Positions 19,752 to 27,945 of a stretch of DNA of 41,342 bases are shown in pieces (the stretch's first letter is position 1; every line of letters begins with the position of its first letter). The stretch covers positions 1 through 41,342 of the forward strand of contig CAYIOW010000003.1 in NCBI GenBank assembly GCA_964365275.1, written 5' to 3'. Made by a program: the position numbers and the translations under genes. The notes beneath the pieces are model-generated. The model was not told where the DNA came from, searched no databases, and was given only the letters and a program-made list of their open reading frames with translations. This DNA is from an uncultured Gammaproteobacteria bacterium (GTDB taxonomy: Bacteria; Patescibacteriota; Patescibacteriia; UBA9934; UBA11717).

Positions 19752-20942
19752 CTACTGGCGCTTGCACCAGAAGTCGTTGTTCCCGACGGCTCCCCACCGG
19801 CATGTGCCGGGGGAGACATCGGGCCACGAACTCGTTGCCGAGCTCGTGGAGCGGGAACGGGTGAGCGGGTAGCTCACCCCGCCGACGGTGAGCGAACTCA
19901 CCCTGTCGGCGGTCCCGGTCACGAGGAATCCCCCCGCGACCGTGCCGTTGACGCTGAACCTGTCCCCCGACGACAGGGGGACCGACCCGCAGGAAAGGGT
20001 CGTCCCCCCGGTACCGCTTGCGCAGTACTCGGGGGATGACAACCCCCACCAGGACCCGGACCACTGCGTCCAGTTGAAGACCCGGAGGTCCCAACTGCCA
20101 GATGACGAGGAATCTCTCGTCACCTGGACGGTGTTCCCGGTGGGGGGGCTGCACCCCTCATCCACGGTCCCGTCGCAGTCGTCGTCCACGCTGTTGCAGG
20201 TCTCGGTTGCCCCCGGGTAGACGGCGCTGTTGCCGTCGTTGCAGTCGGCGGAGTCCGGCGAACCGTCTCCGTCGCTGTCCACCGCGGGGGCGGTGGTGTC
20301 GTCATCGTCGTCCGCGGGGGTCGTGTCATCGTCGTCCGCCGTTGCGTCGTCGTCATCCCCTTCGCCGGGGAGGACTCCGTCGCAGTCGTTGTCCACTCCG
20401 TCGCCCCAGATGTCGGGGGCGCCGGGGTGAACCGACGGGTTCGTCTCGTCGCAGTCCCCGGCGTAGCCGGGGGACGAACCGTCCCAGCAGACGAGACGGC
20501 AGTAGCCGTCCCCGTCGTGGTCCACCCGGCCGTCGCAGGCCGGGGACCACTCGCAGTCGGAGTCGGCGCAGTCGTAGTCGCCGTCTCCGTCGTTGTCCGC
20601 CTCGTCCGAGCAGCCGAACTGCTGCTCGTTCTCGTCGTCCACCGGGGGGGCGGTGGTGTCGTCGTCATCGTCCGCGGGGGTCGTGTCGTCATCCGCGGTG
20701 TCATCGTCGGTCGTGTCGTCGTCGGCGGGGTTGCACCCGCCGAACCCGGCGCAGTCCGGGTCGTCGCAGTCGAACCAGCCGTCGCCGTCGTTGTCGGCGG
20801 CATCCGCGCAGTTCTCGCCGACGACGACATCGTCGGGAGGGCCCTGGTCGCACGATGCGACCAGGAGAAAACAAACTGCCGTGAACCACACAGCGAGGCC
20901 ACCCCGGAGGGCGGAGGTGAGAAGGGGGCGGGGATCGCCCAT
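19752..20942 (-). CDS. GC-rich lipoprotein with poly-Asp linkers and MopE-related repeats
   Basis: CFLLVASC lipobox; CADAADNDGDGWFDCDDPDC and DCNDGNSAVYPGATETCNSVDDDCDG repeats; SD-like GGAG. Confidence 0.9.
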   Translation of the reverse strand: MGDPRPLLTSALRGGLAVWFTAVCFLLVASCDQGPPDDVVVGENCADAADNDGDGWFDCDDPDCAGFGGCNPADDDTTDDDTADDDTTPADDDDDTTAPPVDDENEQQFGCSDEADNDGDGDYDCADSDCEWSPACDGRVDHDGDGYCRLVCWDGSSPGYAGDCDETNPSVHPGAPDIWGDGVDNDCDGVLPGEGDDDDATADDDDTTPADDDDDTTAPAVDSDGDGSPDSADCNDGNSAVYPGATETCNSVDDDCDGTVDEGCSPPTGNTVQVTRDSSSSGSWDLRVFNWTQWSGSWWGLSSPEYCASGTGGTTLSCGSVPLSSGDRFSVNGTVAGGFLVTGTADRVSSLTVGGVSYPLTRSRSTSSATSSWPDVSPGTCRWGAVGNNDFWCKRQ

Positions 20943-21022
20943 TTTTCGTCTCCACCGGCAATACCCTGCCGGAGCGGGACCTTGGCGGAAATGCCTCGGA
21001 AATCTGTTTTCTTCTACTTATT

Positions 21023-21062
21023 GTCATACCCCTCCTATCCTCCCCTGTTTAGGGGAGGGAAA
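21023..21062. repeat. REP-like family A copy inside the leader of the 396-aa gene
   Basis: GTCATACCCCTCCTATCCTCCCCTGTTTAGGGGAGGGAAA. Confidence 0.9.
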
Positions 21063-21124
21063 CATAGAAAAAAGCATATTTCCGGGCACTTCGCCGAGGT
21101 TTTGCACCTTGTAAAGGACTTACG

Positions 21125-21153
21125 AACTTATCAGAAAAATGAAAAAGTGTCAA
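21125..21153 (-). promoter_or_regulatory. Promoter TTGACA-N14-TGA-TAAGTT
   Basis: The -35 and the extended -10 (TGATAAGTTCG) are identical to those at 22925-22953. Confidence 0.75.
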
Positions 21154-21183
21154 GCGGCGAATGGCTTAATATCGCCTTTGCTC

Positions 21184-21251
21184 GTCATTGCGAACGCAGT
21201 GAAGCAATCTCAGAGACAATTAAGAGATTGCCGCGCTTCGCTCGCAATGAC
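21184..21251. repeat. RPE-like palindromic element (GTCATTGCGA...GCAATCTC / GAGATTGC...TCGCAATGAC)
   Basis: Nested inverted repeats matching the widespread GTCATTGCGAG-type palindromic element. Confidence 0.8.
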
Positions 21252-21292
21252 AAGCAAAAATGACTAAAACTATGGATATAACGGTAGGAATC

Positions 21293-21332
21293 GTCATACC
21301 CCACCTAACCTCCCCTATATAGGGGAGGAAAA
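21293..21332. repeat. REP-like family A copy
   Basis: GTCATACCCCACCTAACCTCCCCTATATAGGGGAGGAAAA. Confidence 0.9.
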
Positions 21333-21346
21333 TAGTGAAGTGAATT

Positions 21347-21390
21347 AAAAAAAGGAAGAGCGCGGCCCGGGAGAAACCCAGACCGCGCTC
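21347..21390 (-). terminator. Intrinsic terminator of the collagen-like gene
   Basis: GAGCGCGG/CCGCGCTC stem followed by TTCCTTTTTTT on the minus strand. Confidence 0.7.
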
Positions 21391-21450
21391 ATTGCTGAAC
21401 CTCACCTCTCCGAAGTCCCACAGTGCGTGGGGTGGAGAGGTGGGGAAAAC

Positions 21451-22680
21451 CTACCACTTCGCGGCGACGAGTACGCCGACCACCGGGTCGGCGTAGGGCG
21501 CGATCGCCAGCCCGCCGAAGGGACGGCGACCGGAGGCCTTCACGCCCACCGTCCCCGCAAGGAGAAAGTGGTCGTAGTCAACCACGACCACCAGCTCCCC
21601 TGTACCGCCGAGACCTGGGTACTTGCCCCAAGTCGCGACGCGCGGGGAGAAGTAGTCGTAGACATCCCCTCCGAACCCCACACGGGGTCCGAAGGAGAGC
21701 CACGGCGCCTTCCCCAAAAACGGGGGGTGGAAGAGGACAGCTCCGTTGACGGAGAACTGCCCTCCGACTGAGGCCTCCTCATCGCTGTCTCGCCCGAAGT
21801 TCAACCCCGCTTGGAGGTTGAACATCAGGCGGACACGGTCGCCTTTCGTGAGGAGACCGGCGGCGAGCTCAACGCTCACCGTTACCGGCTTCTCCACGAA
21901 GGTGAGGTGGTGGCTCCGGGACTTGTAGGTCCCGGAGTAGGAACCGAGGTTCCCACCAACCACACCCCCGACGAAAACGAAGGGCCTTGCCTCCAGGGCG
22001 ACCAGACGGCTTGCACCGTCAAAGTCGTCGCCCTTGTCCCCCTTGTCGCCCTTCTCTCCCGCCTGACCCTGCGGCCCGGCGGCGCCGTCCTTCCCGTCCT
22101 TGCCCACCGGACCCTGCGGTCCGGCGGAGCCCGCAACACCGTTTGCTCCGGCGGGACCACGCGAACCCCGCCTCCCGTCCGCTCCCGCCTCACTCTTCGG
22201 CGGATTCAACACCGCCGAATTCTCGGCGATGCAAATCACCGGCGGGGTGTTTCGGGCGAACAACTCATCGTGGTCTCCCACAAATGTGTTGCCCGGATCA
22301 CAGATACCCCTCCCCTGCTCGCTCTCCCACACCAGGCGATTGTCCACCTGGGTGAAGCCCCCATCCGCCTGAATCACCCAGAGGCGGGGAAGAGTTACCA
22401 GCCAGTGAGCAGCCCGCTGATTTGTCCAGAGTACCCAGCTATCCCTGGCGGACAGCTCCGGGCACTCGTCGTACCGGACCTGTCCGGTCGGCGTAGTGCC
22501 AACCTTGTCGTGTCCGATGCTCTGGAGCGCGGTAAAACGCTCCAGAATGCAGTTCTCTGGCGTGCCATTCACAAGCCACGCCGAAATCTCGGTCTGCACC
22601 GGCTGTTGTGCCGACGCGTTCGTTGCCATGATGAGCCCCATGGCGAGGGTGGCCGCGATGGCCAGGATGTGGTGGCGCAT
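21451..22680 (-). CDS. GC-rich secreted protein with a Gly-X-Y collagen-like tract and a C-terminal putative 8-stranded beta-barrel
   Basis: Signal peptide ending ASA|QQ; GADGRRGSRGPAG...GDKGDKGDD tract; amphipathic Gly/aromatic strands ending VVGVLVAAKW; SD GGAGG. Confidence 0.85.
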   Translation of the reverse strand: MRHHILAIAATLAMGLIMATNASAQQPVQTEISAWLVNGTPENCILERFTALQSIGHDKVGTTPTGQVRYDECPELSARDSWVLWTNQRAAHWLVTLPRLWVIQADGGFTQVDNRLVWESEQGRGICDPGNTFVGDHDELFARNTPPVICIAENSAVLNPPKSEAGADGRRGSRGPAGANGVAGSAGPQGPVGKDGKDGAAGPQGQAGEKGDKGDKGDDFDGASRLVALEARPFVFVGGVVGGNLGSYSGTYKSRSHHLTFVEKPVTVSVELAAGLLTKGDRVRLMFNLQAGLNFGRDSDEEASVGGQFSVNGAVLFHPPFLGKAPWLSFGPRVGFGGDVYDYFSPRVATWGKYPGLGGTGELVVVVDYDHFLLAGTVGVKASGRRPFGGLAIAPYADPVVGVLVAAKW

Positions 22681-22924
22681 TTCTGCGTCCTCCAGTTCCC
22701 CGCCGGAGGCGGGGCGACGCTTTTTTCAGCGTCCTTTTGAATTCCCGGCCGGATAGAACGGCCATTGTTTCGCGCGCCGGCACAATACCGGCGCAACGAG
22801 ATTGTACAGAGCAGAGGCCTTTCGGCTATGCCCTTCCAAGGCACGATTGCCAATGAACACAAGGAGGGTGTGTTCCGGCTATCGCGCCATGCAAGGGCAC
22901 AATTTCAGACCTTTCCGACCCGCG

Positions 22925-22953
22925 AACTTATCAAATTTTGTGAAAAATGTCAA
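22925..22953 (-). promoter_or_regulatory. Promoter TTGACA-N14-TGA-TAAGTT
   Basis: Matches 21125-21153. Confidence 0.75.
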
Positions 22954-23129
22954 CAATGGAGAGAATAACTTGCGTATATTCAGTTTATTCCATCCTTCCA
23001 ACAAAAAACTCCTATGTAGGCAGAGCTTGCGACGAGGAGGAGGCGTCGTAAACTACTGCCAACACAGGAGTCGGCAAAATCTTATCAGGCGGGATTTGGG
23101 GAGTCAAGAAGAGTAGGATTAGAAATTAT

Positions 23130-23222
23130 CGTACCCTACCTCACCTCCCCTGCGAGGGGAGGGAAACCAGGTAACTTAAGAAATTTAATTTCCTCCCCTG
23201 TAAGGGGAGGCTAGGTGGGGTA
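23130..23222. repeat. Inverted doublet of family A (REPIN-like)
   Basis: CGTACCCTACCTCACCTCCCCTGCGAGGGGAGGGAA...TTCCTCCCCTGTAAGGGGAGGCTAGGTGGGGTA. Confidence 0.88.
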
Positions 23223-23242
23223 AAGCGTTTAACAAATAATTA

Positions 23243-23887
23243 TTATGCGTGCAAAAAGCGGTGGCGTTCCGCTTCAATGTGTGAGCGAAGGAGTACGAAC
23301 GCGCCGCCCGCCAAAGCGCCAATCACTAAACCGACAAAAGCATTCGCCGGAATGTTCGGGCGAACCGGATAACGCGACACCAGCGGGTTGTCAACCAAGC
23401 GAACTGAAATGTTTCCGCCGGAAGTGTAGCGCCAACCCTGTTGAGTCAGCACAAACGCAATCGCTTCAGAAATCAGTTTTGCCTGTTCCGGACTATGGTT
23501 GTAAACACTCACGGACAAAAGCCCGGTGCCGCGCGCAACGCTTGTGCCTATCATTTTATTCCAAATCTTTCTTCGCTTCGCCGGCTTCGCGTCCGCGGAC
23601 GGAAATTGCGCTTCGTTCACCCCGAAACGGGATTGAAGCACCTGGTCAAAAAAAGTGGTGGTGTAAACAATTTGCGCCAAATCATCCGCAACCCGTTCCG
23701 CGCTACGACTCGCCGAATATGCGTCGGACGATATGGATTCCTGCGTAATCAGCAGACGGATGGACGAGCTGTATTCAAGGGGTCTGATAAAACTCAAAGC
23801 AACGCCAAGTAAAAGTCCGCACACGGCAAAAACACCAACCATGCCGACATGTCGGACCAATAACGCCATTGCTCTTTGAGAGGTCAT
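23243..23887 (-). CDS. Wzz/CpsC-like polysaccharide chain-length determinant
   Basis: Two terminal TMs; PLEYSSSIRLLI and PVRPNIPANAFVGLVIG motifs. Confidence 0.85.
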   Translation of the reverse strand: MTSQRAMALLVRHVGMVGVFAVCGLLLGVALSFIRPLEYSSSIRLLITQESISSDAYSASRSAERVADDLAQIVYTTTFFDQVLQSRFGVNEAQFPSADAKPAKRRKIWNKMIGTSVARGTGLLSVSVYNHSPEQAKLISEAIAFVLTQQGWRYTSGGNISVRLVDNPLVSRYPVRPNIPANAFVGLVIGALAGGAFVLLRSHIEAERHRFLHA

Positions 23888-24001
23888 TGGGAAGTATTGT
23901 GAAGTATGAAGTATTTGGTATTCCGCCAGAGGCGGACAACGGTTGGTATTTTGGGAGTGCTTACAGATGACGACAACTACCACCCTTACACAAAATACAT
24001 C

Positions 24002-25036
24002 TCACAGTGTAACAGAAATTGTTTCTTCAGTGTATGTTTGTGTTGATATGTTGAAACGACGAACCGTAAAAATAAGTTCGTCTCCAGCTTTTGCTCTCGC
24101 AACAAATTCCGCAAGCGACCTTATGAGCGCGGGCTCATTTCCAATTCGCAAAATCACATCGCCGACATTTATCCCCGCTTTCGCCGCCGGCAAACCTGCC
24201 GACACGCCGCGCACAATAAGGCCGTCGGACACGCCTTCATTCGCCGTTTCAACGCGAATCGTATTGGTCGCCCTGATTCCGAGTTCCGGCCGCCGCGCGC
24301 TCCCTTCTTTGAATACGCCCCCGAGAGCGGAAGTAAATTGCTCTATCGGCCGCGCGACATCTTCATCGGCCATCACCCCAATCAATGAACCGTCGGCGGA
24401 AAGCACCGCCGCTCCAAGCCCGTCTTCAATCGGCAAATCAAGCTTCCAAAGCCGTTCAAAATCGTCAGAACTTTCAAACGGCTTTTCGTTCTTACGAAAA
24501 TCCGCGACCGCAATTCGCCTGGCGAACATTCCATCCGCGGTTTGAACGAAAATTCGTTCGCCAATCTCCAAATCGGCATTGCCGAACGAAACGACTTTCA
24601 ATTCGTCGGCGTCAAATTTCGCGAAAACAAATTCCGTTTCCGCATCCGAAACCGTTTTTAAGAGCGGAGATGATGTTACGGGACGAGGTATCAAATGAAT
24701 GCGCGAACCGAAACGCAAAAAGACATCTTTCGCGACGAGAGTCCAACCGTCGGAGGTAAGCGCAACCGCCATGCCGACTTGCTTTGACTTCGCCTGGTCG
24801 TTCACGCTATCCGACATAATCGGCAGAACGAGTCCTTCGGCGCGTTCTCTTAAAAAAGAAATCGCGTCAGTGTCAGCGTCAATGCCCTTTGTCTTCACTC
24901 TTCTGACATCTTCAATCAAACCTCCGACATCCGGAATTTTGTTTTGAATAACTTGCGCCGCAATGAAGCCCGCGAGAACAACCGACAGCACCCATAAAAC
25001 GATACCGACGATGATAAAAAAAGTTTTGCGTGTCAT
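24002..25036 (-). CDS. HtrA/S1C-like membrane protein with PDZ domain, degenerate catalytic motifs
   Basis: GMAVALTSDGW trypsin-like motif; PAAKAGINVGDVILRI PDZ motif; ATGA overlap with the upstream gene at 25033-25036. Confidence 0.82.
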   Translation of the reverse strand: MTRKTFFIIVGIVLWVLSVVLAGFIAAQVIQNKIPDVGGLIEDVRRVKTKGIDADTDAISFLRERAEGLVLPIMSDSVNDQAKSKQVGMAVALTSDGWTLVAKDVFLRFGSRIHLIPRPVTSSPLLKTVSDAETEFVFAKFDADELKVVSFGNADLEIGERIFVQTADGMFARRIAVADFRKNEKPFESSDDFERLWKLDLPIEDGLGAAVLSADGSLIGVMADEDVARPIEQFTSALGGVFKEGSARRPELGIRATNTIRVETANEGVSDGLIVRGVSAGLPAAKAGINVGDVILRIGNEPALIRSLAEFVARAKAGDELIFTVRRFNISTQTYTEETISVTL

Positions 25037-25803
25037 ATCCATCTCGCGGTTATAAGAAGAATGAACATTGCCGCCGCGCCAAAAGCCAAATAACGGACAA
25101 GGACCGGCTTTGAAAGTTTTTGAAGAAGAACCGAGCGCCAAAGCCCAAGCAGTAAATACATCCACACCGCGAGCAAGGCGCCGAGAACCGTATACGCCGC
25201 CGGAAGCCAGGCATGCGCCACAAAAAGAGCGGCCAGTGCCCAACCGCCGATCAGAGAAAGCCGCAGCGCCTCGCTGTCTCTAACCTTCCCCATCCAAAGC
25301 GCGGAATATGCCAAAAATGCGGCCGAGACACCTTCAATAATTCCAAGCGCCCAAAGCGGAATGGCATCGCGAACGAAAGTTCGCAATCCGAATAAACTCG
25401 CCGATACAAAATAGAACGCCGAGATTTGCATAACGAGTCCGGTGTATTCCAAAGCGTATGGGCGATAAAGCGACGGCCGCTCAATAAAACGAAAGAGATG
25501 TTCCAGAAACAACGCCGAAAACACCGCAATATACAGAGACAGGGCGTAAGACAGAAGCGGTGTCTCAATAAAGGTTATAAAAAAACTGCCGCCGGCCGCA
25601 AAAAACGAAACCGTGAAAGCGATATGCCGCCATTCGTTAAGCCGCTTGCCCCAGCCGGCGATTATGCCAACGCCGATGAACATAACAACCGCTTCGGCTA
25701 TAACAACCCATGGAGTGAGCCGCGGACGCGTCAAAATAACCCAAATCTCAACCGGAACGGTCGCGCCGATTATATATGGAAGTATTCGCCTGAAGAAAAA
25801 CAT
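25033..25803 (-). CDS. Polytopic membrane protein of unknown function
   Basis: Many hydrophobic segments; translationally coupled to the downstream gene. Confidence 0.8.
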   Translation of the reverse strand: MFFFRRILPYIIGATVPVEIWVILTRPRLTPWVVIAEAVVMFIGVGIIAGWGKRLNEWRHIAFTVSFFAAGGSFFITFIETPLLSYALSLYIAVFSALFLEHLFRFIERPSLYRPYALEYTGLVMQISAFYFVSASLFGLRTFVRDAIPLWALGIIEGVSAAFLAYSALWMGKVRDSEALRLSLIGGWALAALFVAHAWLPAAYTVLGALLAVWMYLLLGLWRSVLLQKLSKPVLVRYLAFGAAAMFILLITARWI

Positions 25804-25849
25804 ATATACGAGGTCAGACCCAACATAGTTGCAATATCGGAATCATCCG

Positions 25850-26266
25850 TCAATACGCAGAAACGAAAAGCGCCTGCAGTGAGGTCGCCGCGTCAGCAAA
25901 AGACCCTTCGCCTTTTGCGGCTTTTGCCAGCGCTCCCAAAGCCAAAACCAATTTCAAATGCCACTCTTTGTCGGCGGCGGGAACCTTCAATTCCAAAATT
26001 GACTTTTGAACACGAGCGAAAAGTTCATCCGTGCCTGCGCCGGAATTCAAAGCGCTCCACAAATCCGCGAGCGCGGTATCAACATTCTTTTTATACGCTT
26101 CATCGGTTATTGCCGGCGACACAATCGTTTTCTCATTCAACCGAAAAGAAGCGGTTTCTGAAAATAAAGGTATTGCCGGCTCGCCGGTGGCCTTCGTTAA
26201 AACCAATGCAATCGCCGCAACCGCGCCGAGAACGAGAATCGCATGCCATGTCATCGGTCTTCGCAT
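25850..26266 (-). CDS. Hypothetical membrane-anchored protein
   Basis: N-terminal TM; ILELKVPAADKEWHLKLVLAL motif; in operon position. Confidence 0.7.
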   Translation of the reverse strand: MRRPMTWHAILVLGAVAAIALVLTKATGEPAIPLFSETASFRLNEKTIVSPAITDEAYKKNVDTALADLWSALNSGAGTDELFARVQKSILELKVPAADKEWHLKLVLALGALAKAAKGEGSFADAATSLQALFVSAY

Positions 26267-26267
26267 A

Positions 26268-27296
26268 TTATTGGTCACCCCATATATCGTTTAAGAAAAC
26301 GAGCAGAGCGGCCGTAAACGGAATTGCCAAAATCGCTCCGCCGATTCCTCCCAAAGTGTAGCCGACCATAAGCGCGAATAAACTCACTACGGGATTTAAA
26401 CCGGTTTCTCTCTGCATTATTTTAGGAACCAAAACGGCGTTTTCAATTTGCTGAATCACGAAACACAAAATCAGAGCGAAAAGCGCTTTTTCCGGCGACA
26501 CTGAAAACGCCACCAGAACCGCCGGCACGGCCGCAAGAATCGGTCCGGCGTATGGAACGAATTCCAGGAGGCCGGCAAGAACCGCAAGCGCGAGAGCGAA
26601 AGGCACGCCAAGCGCAGTGAGGCCGATATAAGAAACTGCTCCGACGACAAGCATCAGGATAAGCTGACCGCGCAACCAATAACCGAGCCGCTCCTGCATC
26701 CGTCCGGACAATCCCAAAATATAAGCATGGTAACGACGCGGGGTGATATGCCGCAAAAACTTTTTGCCTTCTTTTTCCTCAACAACCATATAATACGCCA
26801 GCACCAGCACAATAATCGCTGACAGCGCGCTACTCAAAACCGAAGTTACGGTTTTAACGAAATTCGCCAACAGCGATGAAACTTGCTCCTGAATAACGGA
26901 TGCGAACGAAGAAACATCGGCCGGAAGCCCGATGCGATTTATGAAATCCTGAATCGCGGCAACGCCATCTTTAGCCCTCGCCGTGTTCAGCGCGAACTCT
27001 TCGGCAACTGCGGCGAGTTCGAAAAATAAAGACGGAACGAAGAGCACGAAGACGGAAAATGCCGCCGCCGCCAAAAAAAGATAGATAAGAAGCACAGCCG
27101 CGCCGCGCGGTATGTGTTTCTTCTCAAACCAATGCGCCGCCGGGTCAATCAGGGCGGCGAGAAGAAGTGCGACGAAAAATAAAATCAAGATGTCGCGAAT
27201 CAACCACAGAAAAACAGCGAGCGCGACAAGCAAAACAACCTTCGCGACCGTGGACGCTGGCAGATGAATTTGATGCGTTGTAGTTTGTCGCTTCAT
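26268..27296 (-). CDS. AI-2E family transporter (PerM-like)
   Basis: WLRGQLILM, LEFVPYAGP and QQIENAVLVPKIM motifs. Confidence 0.93.
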   Translation of the reverse strand: MKRQTTTHQIHLPASTVAKVVLLVALAVFLWLIRDILILFFVALLLAALIDPAAHWFEKKHIPRGAAVLLIYLFLAAAAFSVFVLFVPSLFFELAAVAEEFALNTARAKDGVAAIQDFINRIGLPADVSSFASVIQEQVSSLLANFVKTVTSVLSSALSAIIVLVLAYYMVVEEKEGKKFLRHITPRRYHAYILGLSGRMQERLGYWLRGQLILMLVVGAVSYIGLTALGVPFALALAVLAGLLEFVPYAGPILAAVPAVLVAFSVSPEKALFALILCFVIQQIENAVLVPKIMQRETGLNPVVSLFALMVGYTLGGIGGAILAIPFTAALLVFLNDIWGDQ

Positions 27297-27406
27297 TTCC
27301 TCCGTTTATGACGCAAGTATAACATAATGAATGACAAAAGTGTTCGCGCGCGATATTATGTCAATAATAATCGTCATACCCCTTCCTCAATTCTTCAATT
27401 CCCTCC

Positions 27407-27853
27407 ATGCCTACCCTTTGTTCCAACAAACGCGCGAGACATGATTATGAAATTCTGGAAACATTTGAAGCCGGTTTGGTTTTGACTGGACAAGAAACAA
27501 AAGCCGTAAAAAACGGGCAGATGTCTCTCGCAGGTTCTTTCGTTCATATACGAAACGGCCGCGCGCAACTTCAAAACGCGCAAATTATGCCGTACAAGTT
27601 CGCAGGAAATATTGAAGGGTATGACCCAATACGAAATCGCGCGTTACTTTTGCACAAGCGAGAATTGACGCGGCTTCAAAAAAAACTGGACGCAGAGCGA
27701 TTGACATTAGTGCCGCTTTCCGCCTATACTGCTCACGGTTTGGTAAAACTCGAGCTTGCTCTCGCTCGTGGCAAACAGGCGCACGACAAGCGCCGCGCCC
27801 TCAAGAAAAAAGAACTGGACCGCGAGATACGCACTCGTCAATACCACAGCTGA
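27407..27853 (+). CDS. smpB: SsrA-binding protein
   Basis: NKRARHDYEILETFEAGLVLTGQE, RALLLHKREL and ARGKQAHDKR motifs. Confidence 0.98.
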   Translation: MPTLCSNKRARHDYEILETFEAGLVLTGQETKAVKNGQMSLAGSFVHIRNGRAQLQNAQIMPYKFAGNIEGYDPIRNRALLLHKRELTRLQKKLDAERLTLVPLSAYTAHGLVKLELALARGKQAHDKRRALKKKELDREIRTRQYHS

Positions 27854-27864
27854 TAGTCGCATGT

Positions 27865-27941
27865 GAGGTCTCGTTAAAATGAGTGGATTTTTGGTGCGCG
27901 GGCGCCCGCAAGCCAAAAAGCCGCCATTTTAACGAGACCTC
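27865..27941. repeat. 77-bp hairpin with 17-bp perfect terminal inverted repeats between smpB and ssrA
   Basis: GAGGTCTCGTTAAAATG...CATTTTAACGAGACCTC. Confidence 0.8.
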
Positions 27942-27945
27942 CCGT

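Noticed and set aside
11675-22950. Assembly chimera with a GC-rich organism
   Set aside because: Native repeat families and AT-rich promoters are interleaved within and between the cassettes, and similar cassettes occur at a second locus. It cannot be fully excluded without reads.
27297-27305. SD before the AI-2E transporter gene as a counterexample
   Set aside because: GGAGG is only 2 nt from the ATG, too close for normal function; noted as a caveat to the SD contrast.
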